Assembly: GCA_000004985.1 (NCBI GenBank)
Contig: GG738920.1
Strand: one strand, 5' to 3'
DNA: 64,000 bases
From: Naegleria gruberi
Lineage: Eukaryota
This document shows, in pieces, positions 1 to 11,230 of this stretch; the stretch's first letter is position 1; the number at the start of each line of letters is the position of its first letter. The position numbers and the translations under genes are program-made. The notes beneath the pieces were generated by a model, which was given only the letters and a program-made list of their open reading frames with translations, did not search any database and was not told the DNA's origin.

Positions 1-716
1 ACTTGCAGTAGTTGGAGTGAAAGAACCTTCCTTGAATATGTCCTTCTTGAGAGGTGGTTGGATCTTCTTTTTCTTTTTCCTATTGTTGAGACCCAAATCC
101 TTTGATGCGAGAGGTTGAGCAGATCCTAGAATGGCAGAGACATTACTCGTGTTGAGTTCAGGTGGGCCAGTTGTTGAGCCTGGTGTTGTGTTATTGGAAG
201 AATTGAGATTATTACCCTTTGCTGGTTGTACTGCTGTGAGTGGATTTTGTCGAGCTGTTATTGAAGCAAGAGGTACATTCACTCTCTGTTTCTTTCCTCC
301 AGAATTTTCCAAATCAGAATCAGAATCTCCTCCAGTCATCTCAATACCATTTGAATAAGCAAGAATACTCGAAGCAATACTAATCTCTCTAATGTTATTT
401 CCAATTTGTACAGAACCATCGGAGAGGATTTTACGTGGAAGATTTTGACCACTTGATTTCTTACCTCCCTGTGTTGTTGTTTGTTCTTCATTGAGATCTT
501 CCTCCCTAGGTCTGACAATGATTGGATGAACTCTTTCCAATCGATTGCATAATTCTCTTCCTGATTCCAAATGAATGTTGAAAAGTTCTATTTGTAATTT
601 TACATCTCTTAGCTGTTGATTTGTTTCCAATAAAATTGAATAAGACAGAGTAAAACGAGAAAATTTTGATTGATGAAACTGAATGAGCTTCTATTATTTG
701 TCTTAAAACTTACCAT
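1..716 (-). CDS. hypothetical low-complexity protein, partial (C-terminus runs off the left edge). ATG at 716..714 is followed directly by a 101-nt intron (613..713). Exon 2 runs 612..1.
   Basis: Stop-free minus-strand frame from 612 down to 1 (more than 200 codons, N/S/T/G-rich). GTAAGT donor sits immediately after the ATG and a ...caacag acceptor precedes 612. No family recognised. Confidence 0.4.
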
Positions 717-1123
717 ATTCTCCTTTTGTCTTTTAGTTCTAGTCAGTTTATGTAACGATGCTTCCCAATACCTATTTCCGTATCTATTATTTCATCACAC
801 AGAAATTAAATAATTCACATGATTGAATATTTATACCATTGATCCATTCAAAATTAACTTACCTTTTTATAAAGGTATGAATAACATCCATATCAGCATC
901 AATTTGTTCCAACTCTGCCACCAGAACAGTATAATATGTATCCAAAGTATTTACTACCTATTTAAATAGCATCCAAACACGATCAATTACAAGTTTTATC
1001 ATTCAATATTAATGTAATAAGGTTCGTTAAATATCGGATTAAATATTCATCAATTAATTAATCAAGTTACATACGGAGAGAAGGCTTTCAGTCATTTTTT
1101 TAAATTTAATAACAACAGTAGAT

Positions 1124-1137
1124 TTTTGGCGCGAAAA
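1124..1137. promoter_or_regulatory. E2F-like palindromic motif TTTTGGCGCGAAAA in the divergent promoter shared by H2B and the leftward gene
   Basis: Direct read of TTTTGGCGCGAAAA. It resembles the E2F consensus TTTSGCGC(SAAA), and it lies about 390 bp upstream of an S-phase histone gene. Confidence 0.3.
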
Positions 1138-1525
1138 TGTTTTCAAAAACCATCACTTTTAGAGAATTACACTTTACGATTGATTATTAAAATAATTTGA
1201 TGTTGTTCCGATATAATTTGTTCAAGAAGTGTTGACTACAAGTAAAACATTTTGTTATCGAATTGACTGGTGGCACTATTTATGCATAACGACATTTTGT
1301 TTTTTTCTATCAAACTTTCGATCCACTCACCTCCATTGTTGATTCAATCAGATTTTTCAAGCCAGGTCATCACCACATTAGCTAAAAAAAATTGGATCCA
1401 CTTTGAATTTTGTAAAGTCAAAAAATGAGAAAGACGTTACGGGTTTTAAAAGCTTATTTAAAATGCAAAGGCCTTCCAGCAATTACCAACACAAAACAAA
1501 ATTCACAACAACCTAGATAAATAAA

Positions 1526-2017
1526 ATGCCAGCCAAGACTAAGAAATCCACTGAAAGCAAGGATAAGACCAAGGAAACCAAGAAGGACAAGGTTACCAAG
1601 AAGACCACAAAGGCTTCCGGTGATGGTGAAGAAGGTGAAAAGGACGACAAGAAGAAGAAGTCTAGACATGAATCCTACTCTTCATATATCTACAAAGTCT
1701 TGAGACAAGTCCACTCTGATATTGGTATTTCCACCAAGGCTATGTCTATCATGAACTCCTTCATTCAAGATATCTTTGAAAGAATTGCCAATGAAGCTGC
1801 TCAATTGTGTAGAGTCAATGGTACTAAGACTTTGTCTTCTCGTGAAATCCAAACTGCTGTCAGATTGATCCTCCCAGGTGAATTGGCTAAGCACGCTGTT
1901 TCTGAAGGTACCAAGGCTGTTACCAAGTATCAAACTTCATCAGGAAAGACTGCTCCAAAGAAGAGAGAGAAGAAGGAAAAGAAGGAAAAGTCTGAAAAGA
2001 CTACTGAAAGCAAGTAA
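1526..2017 (+). CDS. H2B: histone H2B with a long K-rich N-tail and an extra K/E-rich C-terminal extension
   Basis: Translation ...[90 protein letters not shown] matches the canonical H2B histone fold almost residue for residue. About 28 extra residues ([28 protein letters not shown]) follow the usual end. Single exon. Confidence 0.9.
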   Translation: MPAKTKKSTESKDKTKETKKDKVTKKTTKASGDGEEGEKDDKKKKSRHESYSSYIYKVLRQVHSDIGISTKAMSIMNSFIQDIFERIANEAAQLCRVNGTKTLSSREIQTAVRLILPGELAKHAVSEGTKAVTKYQTSSGKTAPKKREKKEKKEKSEKTTESK

Positions 2018-2357
2018 TTCGATTACTAACATGACACAATTACCTTTTTGTAAATATCATTTACTGGGATGTGTACTGCATCCAACCTAGATTTCACAAC
2101 TTTTGTAACTCATTAAAACAATAACTTAAATTATTTCAATTTGTGTGAATTGTTTTAATATATTTCCGAATCAAAATTGCTAGATTTAGGATGGTGGTAT
2201 CAGTATGGACTTGCACCTTGATGAATTGCTCACTAGTGGGTTTTACACTAGATCAGTGATAATCAAACTTGGATGGCTTGCTCAGGTAGACACTCGATAA
2301 GTTGATTAGTCAGATAATCTATTTCAATCATAATCAGACAAGTCTTGGTGGTAAAAG

Positions 2358-3182
2358 TTAAATATTTAATGATGAAAGAACTCTCTTGAAGAGAATGTTA
2401 TTCTCCAAATGAACATGAATGTACAAGTTTTCTTCCAACTCGGTGAGCAATCTCTTTGTATTCTCCACAGTTTTGCAATAGTCAGGCAATTCCTTTCTCA
2501 TAGAAGCCAACAATTTAATCAACTTGCCAGCTTCATCATGATCCTCCATCAATGATGCTAGTTTACTCTTCAAGAATGGATTACTTTTATCTTGTTGTTC
2601 ATCATATTGAATGATTAGTGGAAAGACATCCTTCTCCTCCTTTACCAAGTGTACAAGCAATTCAGTGGCAAGACTTTGGAAGATCTTGTACATCTTCTCC
2701 ATCAATAGAATAGAAGGATGAGTTGAGGCTACATCTTGCTCATTCTCTCCTGATGATTGTCTGGCTTGTTGAATTAACTTTCCCATATGAACAGTGTAAA
2801 TCTTGAGTAAGAGTTGGGAAAGAACAGGAATATTCTCCCTGAGGTAATCATGATGATGATGAATAATGTGTTGTACAAGTTGGGAAGCTTTCCAATCAAC
2901 CATTCCTTGTTGAAGAGAGGTAGAGGTGTTGTTATTGTCTTCTTGTTGTTGGCAACATTGAATTTCCATCTCTTGTACTTGTTTAATGATTGAAAGACAT
3001 TCCTCTTCAATGTTACTAACAGAAGATGATTCTTGAACAACACTAATCAAACTTCTCTGACCACCACAACAATAGTCAATACCAAGCTTGTTCAATATGA
3101 GAGGTCCTCCTTTTGGATATTTGGCAATCAAATCACCGAGAAGAATTGATGAAGAAAGGTTGTTTTCAGTTTGTTGTTGCAT
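2358..3182 (-). CDS. RIC/ScdA/YtfE-type di-iron (hemerythrin-like) iron-sulfur repair protein
   Basis: N-terminal ...LGIDYCCGGQRSL... matches the ScdA_N hallmark motif DYCCGG. Downstream are His/Glu-rich hemerythrin-like motifs (HIIHHHHDYLRE, MEDHDEAG, HVHLENNILF). 274 aa, single exon, AT-rich eukaryotic codon usage. Confidence 0.7.
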   Translation of the reverse strand: MQQQTENNLSSSILLGDLIAKYPKGGPLILNKLGIDYCCGGQRSLISVVQESSSVSNIEEECLSIIKQVQEMEIQCCQQQEDNNNTSTSLQQGMVDWKASQLVQHIIHHHHDYLRENIPVLSQLLLKIYTVHMGKLIQQARQSSGENEQDVASTHPSILLMEKMYKIFQSLATELLVHLVKEEKDVFPLIIQYDEQQDKSNPFLKSKLASLMEDHDEAGKLIKLLASMRKELPDYCKTVENTKRLLTELEENLYIHVHLENNILFKRVLSSLNI

Positions 3183-3574
3183 TGTCAGTATTGTTATTGT
3201 ATTTGTTTTCTAAATTGATAATAACTTCTAATGACCATACAACAGCCTTTAATACTATCCATGATGAGCCATTATTATTTGTGGGGTTTCTTCTTCATTC
3301 CTTATCTATTAACCCATTTGTCCTCCATGATAAAGCCACTGAAGATTATTGTTGGAGAATTTTTTGTTATTTTGAAAATTTTCTCTTCTTGATTTCTGGC
3401 GAAGATGTTCTCAAGTTGTAGCACCAACAAAACCAATTCAACAACAATTCAATTCAATATATAAATAACTAAATATCCACTTCACTCTACTTCTCATCAT
3501 CTTTAAATCTTTCATCAAAATAAAAGAAGCCAAACAAAAAATAAAAAATTGTAAAAAATTTGAAAATATAAAAA

Positions 3575-6500
3575 ATGTTAAAAAGGGTCGCCTCTGTTGG
3601 AAGCAAAAATAATAAACTTGTCCGTAGACATTTGTTGGACGGGCGACTCTATCAAACTGCCTTCTTCAACACAACAAAGCCAAGTCTTTCATTGAAAAAA
3701 ACACTGGGAGTTGATTCAAAATTACAAAAGGAAGCTGATGAAGTTTCTTCGGCAACTATCGCTGAAGAGCTTGATGATATACAAATGGAAGCTGATGCTA
3801 AGGATTTTGATACTGAAGTCTTGGAAGAAATTTACTCTGGAGAATTGTTCGACGCCTATAGCAGAATGTCCTTGTTAGTTAAAAGAGAAAAGAAGCAAGG
3901 AGATGTTCCTTATGCTGAAGAACCATCTCTTGCTCCAAACTTCTCTGACGAGTTTGCATTGGAAGATGCCGATGCTGATAATGATGCAGACTTCAATGAC
4001 GCAAATACATTGTTGGATGCTGAAGAAACTGTAAAGGAAACCGGAGAAGAAGAAGATTATGAAGATATAGACGACTATGAAGACGTTGAAGATATAAATC
4101 CACACCAACAAGCTATGGAAGATATGGCTCTCCTCCTTGAAAAGAATGACCTATTGGGTTTAACTGATGCAGATGTTGCTGAAATGACAGCAGTGGACCA
4201 AGAATTAGATACTTTTGATGTTTCTGAATTTGATATTCATGCTAAACTTGTAGATAGAGTTTCTACCATCTCACAAAAAGCACCAAAGCAAGTTATGAAT
4301 GCCACAGTCTCGGAAAACGCTAAGGATGTTTCCAATACTATTAGCGAAGTTGGTAAACTTGTTCAAGAAATGTCTCCAATGATTAGTGTTGCTATTGGTT
4401 CTCTTGATATGACTGATAATAATGCTGCTCAAGATCCTCAATTTGTTAACCAAGCAAACAAGATTAATGAATTGGCCAAGTACTTGATTTATACTACCTT
4501 GATGAGAGAAAATCCAAAGGAAATTTCACCAGAACTTGCCAACTCTGCCAAGAGATTTGGTATTGATATTAGTGCTCTTCAACAAGAAGCTGCTTCTGGT
4601 AAGCAAATTGCTATTCCTTCTATTTTACAACAAGAATCAAGCACTTCCTCTTCGGAAGAATTTTCTTCATCTGAAGAAGAAGAGGTTAGCAAGGATATTT
4701 TGAGTATTCCAATGATTGAAGAAATTCAAAAGGAAGCTGAATTGGAACAACAAGCTGAAGTTGCTAAGGCTCTTGCTATTGAACAAACCTTAGCTGTCAG
4801 AGAAGCTGATGAAGTTGTTGAAGAATCGGAAGAAGCTGAAGAAGAAGAGGGTATTGATCTTTTCGATGATGAGGAATATCCAGAAGAAGAAGATGAGGAT
4901 CATGCTAGAGAAAAGGAAGAAAAGGAAATTAAGGAAAGATACAACTCTCCAGATTTGAGCTTAATTTCTCAATTTAACTTGCAAATGGGTGATGCTAAAG
5001 TTGAAGATGTTGTTGAAGAAGAAAGAGGAAAGCAAAGACCAGACGCTACTGTCAAATTCCCTAACTTTAGAAACAAGCCACAATTCAACAATAGAGAAGC
5101 TATTCCAGATTATATTCACGAACAAGATATTACCATTTCTCAATATTGTAATGTCTTTGATGCTGCCAAACAATTCGGTATTGAAGTTGATGAAGATGCC
5201 ATGTTGCCAGAACTTGACAGTTTGACTCAAAGTGAAAAGGCTGATTTCATTGAAAGACAACTTGAAATTGCTACCATGCCATTCCAATCTGTTCAAGCTC
5301 AAAGAAAGGAAATTAAGGAAAGACAAGCTCAAGAAAAGGGAGAAATTTATCAAACTGAAGTTGATCAATTTATGGAACATTTGAATGATCCTATTATTCA
5401 ATCACTCACAATTGATGAAGATGAATTGTTGGAAGATGATTTAGAAATTCAAGCTCAATTGAAGGAAGAAAGTGAAGAAGTCTTTGAAGTTGATTCTTTC
5501 CTCGATGCTGTCATTCTCAAGCAAGATAATCCATACGAACCATTCATGCTTGCTACTCATCCACATCTCTTTGTTGAAGGTTCAACTCATTTGAGAGAAA
5601 CTGATGTTGGTAAGATTTTCATCATTTCCCCAGAACATCATAAGAAGTACTTTGGTGTTACTGGTACTGGTGGTGATTTGGATAAGTCATTCGAACAAAT
5701 CTTACAAAGAGGTTTGCTTGTCAGAGAACCAGTTTTGCCAATCGTTAACGAAATTCAAAGCTTGTCTAAAAATAAGAAGAAGTTGACTACTGATCCAGGA
5801 TACTTGCTTATGGGTATTCAAGGAAGTGGTAAATCTGCTTGTTTGGCCACCTGTGTTTTCAATGCTTACACTAATGGAGTTTTGGTTGTTCATATTCCAT
5901 CTGCTTATCACTGGACTCAAGGAATTCACTTTGTTGAACCATCACCTGTTTTGCAAGGATACTTTGATGCTCCACTCCCAACTAGAGACTTTTTGAAGGC
6001 ATTCATGACTGCCAACACTGAAATTTTGAAGGGAATGAAGTTGAGCAGAGAATATACTCTTCCATTAGAATCTGGTCAAAAGGTTCCAACGACGCTCTAC
6101 GAATTGTGTGACTATGCTCTCCTTTCTGATGGTAATATTTCTGTTGTTTTCAAGTTTGTTCTTGATGAACTCATCAATGATAAGACAACTCCAATGCTCT
6201 TTGCTATTGATGATTATAATTTCTTACACGACTATACATGTTATCAATATGGTAACCTTGACGATTTCACTACAACTGTTCCACAAAAGGTACATGCTAA
6301 GAATTATACATTGGTGAGAGCCTTGTCAAGAATAATTCAACAAAATGCTCCAAACAAGCTCATTGTTGCTGCTAACACAAATAAGAATAAGACACCAAAT
6401 AAGGTTTACCTCATGGAAGAAAACGTTTTGGACCCAGTTTATGTTTCATCTAGATACTCATACCCAGAACTTGAAAACATTGTAGAATATTACCAAAGCT

Positions 6501-6601
6501 CTGCATTTGTGTTCGGAAATAAGGAAAACTTTATGGAAGATTTACTTTTCATGTCAGGTGGTGTTCCACAAAGAGTTTTCAAGCACATGTCTGTGTTCTA
6601 A
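3575..6601 (+). CDS. large acidic protein (1008 aa) with a C-terminal P-loop NTPase domain, possibly mS29/DAP3-like
   Basis: N-terminal ~550 aa are extremely D/E-rich and coiled. The C-terminal ~450 aa contain a Walker A motif (LLMGIQGSGKSACLAT) and a hhhhDD Walker-B-like motif (LFAIDDYNFLHD). The DAP3-like assignment is tentative. Confidence 0.6.
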   Translation: MLKRVASVGSKNNKLVRRHLLDGRLYQTAFFNTTKPSLSLKKTLGVDSKLQKEADEVSSATIAEELDDIQMEADAKDFDTEVLEEIYSGELFDAYSRMSLLVKREKKQGDVPYAEEPSLAPNFSDEFALEDADADNDADFNDANTLLDAEETVKETGEEEDYEDIDDYEDVEDINPHQQAMEDMALLLEKNDLLGLTDADVAEMTAVDQELDTFDVSEFDIHAKLVDRVSTISQKAPKQVMNATVSENAKDVSNTISEVGKLVQEMSPMISVAIGSLDMTDNNAAQDPQFVNQANKINELAKYLIYTTLMRENPKEISPELANSAKRFGIDISALQQEAASGKQIAIPSILQQESSTSSSEEFSSSEEEEVSKDILSIPMIEEIQKEAELEQQAEVAKALAIEQTLAVREADEVVEESEEAEEEEGIDLFDDEEYPEEEDEDHAREKEEKEIKERYNSPDLSLISQFNLQMGDAKVEDVVEEERGKQRPDATVKFPNFRNKPQFNNREAIPDYIHEQDITISQYCNVFDAAKQFGIEVDEDAMLPELDSLTQSEKADFIERQLEIATMPFQSVQAQRKEIKERQAQEKGEIYQTEVDQFMEHLNDPIIQSLTIDEDELLEDDLEIQAQLKEESEEVFEVDSFLDAVILKQDNPYEPFMLATHPHLFVEGSTHLRETDVGKIFIISPEHHKKYFGVTGTGGDLDKSFEQILQRGLLVREPVLPIVNEIQSLSKNKKKLTTDPGYLLMGIQGSGKSACLATCVFNAYTNGVLVVHIPSAYHWTQGIHFVEPSPVLQGYFDAPLPTRDFLKAFMTANTEILKGMKLSREYTLPLESGQKVPTTLYELCDYALLSDGNISVVFKFVLDELINDKTTPMLFAIDDYNFLHDYTCYQYGNLDDFTTTVPQKVHAKNYTLVRALSRIIQQNAPNKLIVAANTNKNKTPNKVYLMEENVLDPVYVSSRYSYPELENIVEYYQSSAFVFGNKENFMEDLLFMSGGVPQRVFKHMSVF

Positions 6602-6631
6602 ATCAGAAAAATAATAAAAAATTTGGCTATT

Positions 6632-9255
6632 TTATGCAACATAATTGTATGTCTTGTGATCTTCAACTTCCCTTGATAAAAAGTCTCTTTCAATTAAATT
6701 CTCAATTCTTCTCTTGACTTCTTGAGGGTTTGGTACAAACCTGCTTTGTAGTTGCTTTACAACTTCTGACATGAGTTCATTGTGGTGGAGCTTCTTTCTC
6801 GCTTTCATTACTCTCACAATAACAGCCTCAATAACAGGTTTTCTTTCCAATTCAATCTTGGATTCAGTTTCTTGAACTTCCTCAACAGTTTCCTTGGTGG
6901 AGGTGATGGCTAATCTTACTCTATAATTGGCATTCTTAAAGTCCTGATTCAAGACAAACTTGTGATTATCTTCCAAATTCTTTGTCTTTGGTTCTTTGGA
7001 AAGGATTTTGGTCTTGTTCATACATAAAATTGTAAGAGTCTTTTTTAAATCCTTTTCTGGTATTTGAGTTAATTCCTTAATCTTTGCATAGGTATATTCG
7101 GTATGTTCATTGTACAGCATTAAAATACAAATTTGATAGGTAGAAACGACAAGTTCATGTTTTTCACTCGAAAATCTTGCTGTCAAGATACCATCTCCCA
7201 GACTGGTTTGCCAAGTAAGTTTTCTTCCACTATGTACATGATTGTAAAATTTGGCAAATGACTCACAGCACAAATTAAGATCTGCTGGGAGAATGATGTT
7301 ATTGAGGGTATAGGCAGGCCAGAAAGAGTGAGTGAGAATATTTACATTAAAGTCCATTCTTTCTGGTTTGAGTTTGAATGCGTCATGTTGTTGATATTGT
7401 TCGTTGGTTTGGGCTGATATTTTCATATCATTGAACATGCCTTCAATTTTTGATGTAAAACTGTATCCACATTCCTTTTTCATTTTCAAGATGAACATTT
7501 TCTCAGAGTTTGCTTGATGTCCCTTGGAGAGTAATCTCTTTGAAAGATGAACCTTGTAGTAATTCTCAAAAATATCCTTGTCTCTCAAGAATCTGAAAAG
7601 AGCCATAGCATCCTCCATGATTGGTTCCAATTCTTGTTCTGAATCACCAAGAGTTCTGATTGTATTGTCCAAATAGAGGGAAAGATATTCTGAAACTCTC
7701 TTTTGTCTGGTACCATCTGAAAAGATGGAAAATCCTTCCTTTTGAGCTTGTTCAAATTTTGAATTGCTCTTGAAAGATTCTCGAGTAATTCTGTCGTATT
7801 TTCTCTTTTGTTCTAATAGACCTTCAATGAAGGTTACTGCAGATCCCTGTAATTTCTCTTCATCCATTACATAGGCAATACCAACATCGGTAATGTATTG
7901 CTTGTAGAGCTTTATCATGATGGATAAATGTTCTTCTTCATTACCCAAAAACAAATTGTACATTCTGTGCAATTCTGAAATCTTGTCATCCTTGAGGAAG
8001 GAAATGTATCCACTTGGACTCTCTGTAATAGTGTCCAAATGTTTGGTAATCATTTCTTGTCGTAAGATTTTTGAAATTTTTGGTTTTGTTGTAAAAGAGA
8101 GATAGTACTGTACACGGTTATCCTCCTCTCTTAATCTTTCATCGACTAGTTTCAAATAGTCGGTAATTGATGTCTGTGCCAATAAATCACGGGACAATTG
8201 CAAGTAGTATTGAGCACTGGTTTCTAAAAATGGTTCTTCCAATACATCATTATAACAGTTCATTTCACATAGCATTCTCACTACTTTTTTCAACAATAAT
8301 CTATCTACATATTCTCCACCTCTTTCCTTTCCAATCATTTCAATTACAATATTTTTAATTTTAACTCCTGATTGACTTTGATAAATAACTACTCTTTTGA
8401 ATATTTCTACACCATTATCATAGACGAATAATGTGTGTTTAACAGGTGTTTGATTTGCACCATTTCCACTACTTTGAGATTGTTGTTGCTGTAATTGTTT
8501 GAGAGCATAATTTGTATTCAAATACATCAAAACACTGCTCACTACAGATGTTTCTGTCTTGTATTCCTCCCAAACATTGCATATTGTCTTGAGAAATAAT
8601 TCATCAGGACACTTTTTCAAAACCTATTATTAATTCCGATCATCAATTAGATAAAAATTAAAATTTGCACACTGATTAATAAAAGGAGAAATCAAAACTT
8701 ACACTACTGAGAATGAATTCTACTTGCTCCAACATGCAGGCCTCTACATTTTCATAGAGTGATTCGCCATGTCTATTCAATACTATTTTATAGGTATTTC
8801 TATACAATTCCTCATAGGAAAGTTCAGAGCTCTTGTTGTGATAAATTTGTTGAATAGCTTGCTTGAGAAGTGTCCAAGTAGTGGAAAAGAAAGCCTCTGT
8901 TGTTGTACTCTCTGCTCGGGGAGCTTTAATCTCAAATTTCTTTCCTATTAATTGCCAAATTCAAAACAAGAAATAAACATGTTGTATACACAACCACCAT
9001 CATTGTGATCCAAAATTATTGATCATAAATTTGTATATTTTCATCATCCGATCCACACAATTCCAAAAATAACAAAATAACAATTCATGATCATCATCAA
9101 TGGTCATAATGGTAATACAATATTAAATAAAACATTAAAATTCCGCCATCAAATGTTTGTCATTGTGATCAAAATGAACAACAAGGGAATTCAGAACAAT
9201 TTTTAGAACAAAATCAGAAAGAGAGCGAGAACTTACCCGTTTGAACTTTTCTCAT
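6632..9255 (-). CDS. cullin (Cul3-like). Exons 9255..9237, 8944..8703, 8623..6632. Introns 8945..9236 (292 nt) and 8624..8702 (79 nt).
   Basis: Exon 1 is ATGAGAAAAGTTCAAACGG followed by GTAAGT. Spliced N-terminus is MRKVQTGKKFEIKAPRAESTTTEAFFSTTWTLLKQAIQQIYHNKSSELSYEELYRNTYKIVLNRHGESLYENV..., a Cul3-type signature. The C-terminus has the cullin-homology/neddylation region ...IVRVMKARKKLHHNELMSEVVKQL... Confidence 0.8.
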
Positions 9256-9268
9256 TTTTTTTTGATAA

Positions 9269-9283
9269 GTTTTGGCGCCAAAC
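9269..9283. promoter_or_regulatory. perfect palindromic E2F-type site TTTGGCGCCAAA, 14-28 bp upstream of the cullin ATG
   Basis: Direct read of GTTTTGGCGCCAAAC. The core TTTGGCGCCAAA is the textbook palindromic E2F element. Confidence 0.3.
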
Positions 9284-9471
9284 TGTAAAACTTTTTTCAA
9301 TATCTGCTGGATTGACTTGTGAAATTTTCTTCACTCCAAATTGACCTTATTTATCAAACAAAGTTGTGTTAGAATTGAGACAAGAGAGAACAGACACCTT
9401 TTAAATCAGTCCTCTAATTTATTTGAGTTTTAAACTTGTCAAACATTTGATGGTTTTTTGTCAACTAAACA

Positions 9472-11230
9472 TTAAGGATTTGACTGATTGGTCTTCCAAG
9501 GATTATGAAACGATGAAAATGATCTGAAATCTTCACGAGAAGCAAATATTTGACATCCAAAGAATGCTTCCTTCGCATCACAAGATTCAATGATGGTGAG
9601 ATTTGAAAGGATTTTCTGAATGGAAATAAGAAAATCCTTTTCTAAATTCACAATAATGAGGTGAGTGGTTGTTTCATTCGTGATGATACTTGGCAGTAGG
9701 TCAATACATTCTGTAGAAATGGTTTCTAATTTTGGAGCACTGAATGAGTGGATATCGTCAGCAAGTGATTGATTATTCGAAACAACACTAATTGTAACAT
9801 TTACTCCACAATTCATGTCACCTACATCCTTTTCTATTACAATGCAATTGGGAGTGTTATGATAGTGAGCTAGCATGACATGTCTAGATACGAAACAACA
9901 CGCAGGCACTCTAGAATAAAGAACATAATCACTGAAATTTGAAAAGTAATCAGAAATGAGAAAACGTGGAGGAATTGAAATCACCAGTGAATGACCTTTT
10001 GATAGCTGAACTTTCGAATAAATTTCAGAAAAGAATCCATTCACATCTTCTCTCCTGTCCAATTTGTGATATCTATCATTTTTGTACATTGAATTAAATA
10101 AGAAAGTTGAACCAGGATTCAAACCAAGATAAAAGTAAACTTGCATTTCTGAACTTTAGTTGTTGGTTGACTGATAAAGAAAATTAAACTTACTGATCTA
10201 AAAGTTTGAAAAAGTATGGCTCAACAGAACGAGGTGTTTTCTCATTGAATAATTGAAAGAATGTCATCTCACTTGTAATATCAATACATAGTGGTGAAAA
10301 TAAGCGTTCTGTGAAGTTTCGAATATTATTGCAACAGTAATACCAATCTGTAAAGTCATTCCCTTCCCAAAATGAGTTAAAAGAAGTATCAGTCCAATAT
10401 CTCTGATAGATGGGTTTCCATACATGTGATGATCGTCCTGCACGATTCAAATTTCTATTCAATGGTAAAATCAATGAGCATATTTCACTTTCCTTCAGAT
10501 ATGAGAAAATAATTGCGAGTATTTCATCTGGAAGTTGTTCGAATTGATTTTCATATGTGTTTCTTTTCAATTCATCTTGTGGTCTGTTCAATAGATATTC
10601 GAATGTCTTGCCACTTTCAACGAGAAACTGTTGGGCAGCTCTATAACTTTTTGAAGCTGCCATGACGTCGCCATTCTTTTCCTGTTCCCTACTCTTCCTC
10701 AATAATTGCTCAATTTTCTTGTAGATTTCTGATTGATCGAATTTGTCATCTCTTGGACATGAGCTTGCATCCACTCTAAAATACATTATTTCAGTTCTAA
10801 GAATAAACTTGGTTCCCTTCCTAACAGAACAACCTTCATGGGCAAAATCTTGATTGAATAGAACAAGTTTACCCATGCTAGGTTTCACAGTATGAACGAG
10901 ATTATAGTAGGAGGAACTATTTCCATCCATCATCTCTGGATCATTGTAAAATCGCGTCTCTCCTCCTTTAAAATCATCATTCAAATAAATTAGTAAGGTA
11001 TAGATACTTCTTTCATTATTGTTTCTTTTGAATTGACCATCAGTGTGAATTTTGAAATATTCTCCGATTTGGTACTTGTTAAATCGCATCATTTCATTGA
11101 CTCCACAAGCTTTCCAAGTTCCTGCACTATCCACACCGAAAGGAGTTACCATTTTACTAATAGCATCCAAATCAATCCTAGTTTTCAGCTTATCAAATAT
11201 TAAACTTGCAAGATCGGCATCAATCATCAA
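9472..11230 (-). CDS. 2OG-Fe(II) oxygenase (prolyl-4-hydroxylase-like) / F-box fusion protein with a C-terminal beta-rich domain. Proposed 40-nt intron at 10154..10193.
   Basis: N-terminal region has HTDGQF...GGETRF...FAHEGCSVRKGTKFILRTEIMY (HxD...H...R of the P4H-type double-stranded beta-helix). An F-box follows: LPDEILAIIFSYLKESEICSLILPLNRNL. The ORF track gives two ORFs (10190..11230 and 9472..10146) only 44 bp apart on the same strand. A CA|GTAAGT donor overlaps the apparent TAA, and the ...ctaaag|TTCAGAA acceptor joins them in frame (...FKLLDH-SEMQVYF...). The join is inferred; the two ORFs could instead be separate genes. Confidence 0.5.

Noticed and set aside
1454-1933. Minus-strand ORFs 1454..1669 and 1682..1933, and plus ORF 1878..2090.
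   Set aside because: They are antisense to, or out of frame with, the strongly supported histone H2B CDS.
2150-2300. Possible box C/D snoRNA between H2B and the RIC gene (TGATGA at about 2216, relatively GC-rich).
   Set aside because: No matching D box (CTGA) with a terminal stem could be found by eye, so there is too little evidence to call it.
3113-3421. ORF 3113..3421 (+), plus minus-strand ORFs 3875..4111, 4271..4453, 4961..5401, 5702..5929 and 14183..14599.
   Set aside because: They overlap or lie antisense to the long well-supported CDSs (RIC gene, acidic P-loop protein, NHL TM protein). They have hydrophobic low-complexity translations and non-ATG starts.
10190-10192. Treating the TAA at 10190..10192 as the true end of the P4H-F-box protein, with 9472..10146 as a separate gene. 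Similarly, the stops at 29628, 39645, 53012, 27412 and 55936 as true gene ends.
   Set aside because: Each stop lies inside or overlaps a consensus GTAAGT donor. An AG acceptor 40-60 nt downstream restores frame, and the downstream ORF continues the same domain (GDSAG-G esterase motif, sensor ectodomain, NHL units, G-alpha boxes). Two genes 15-60 bp apart on one strand is implausible. The 10190 case remains the least certain.
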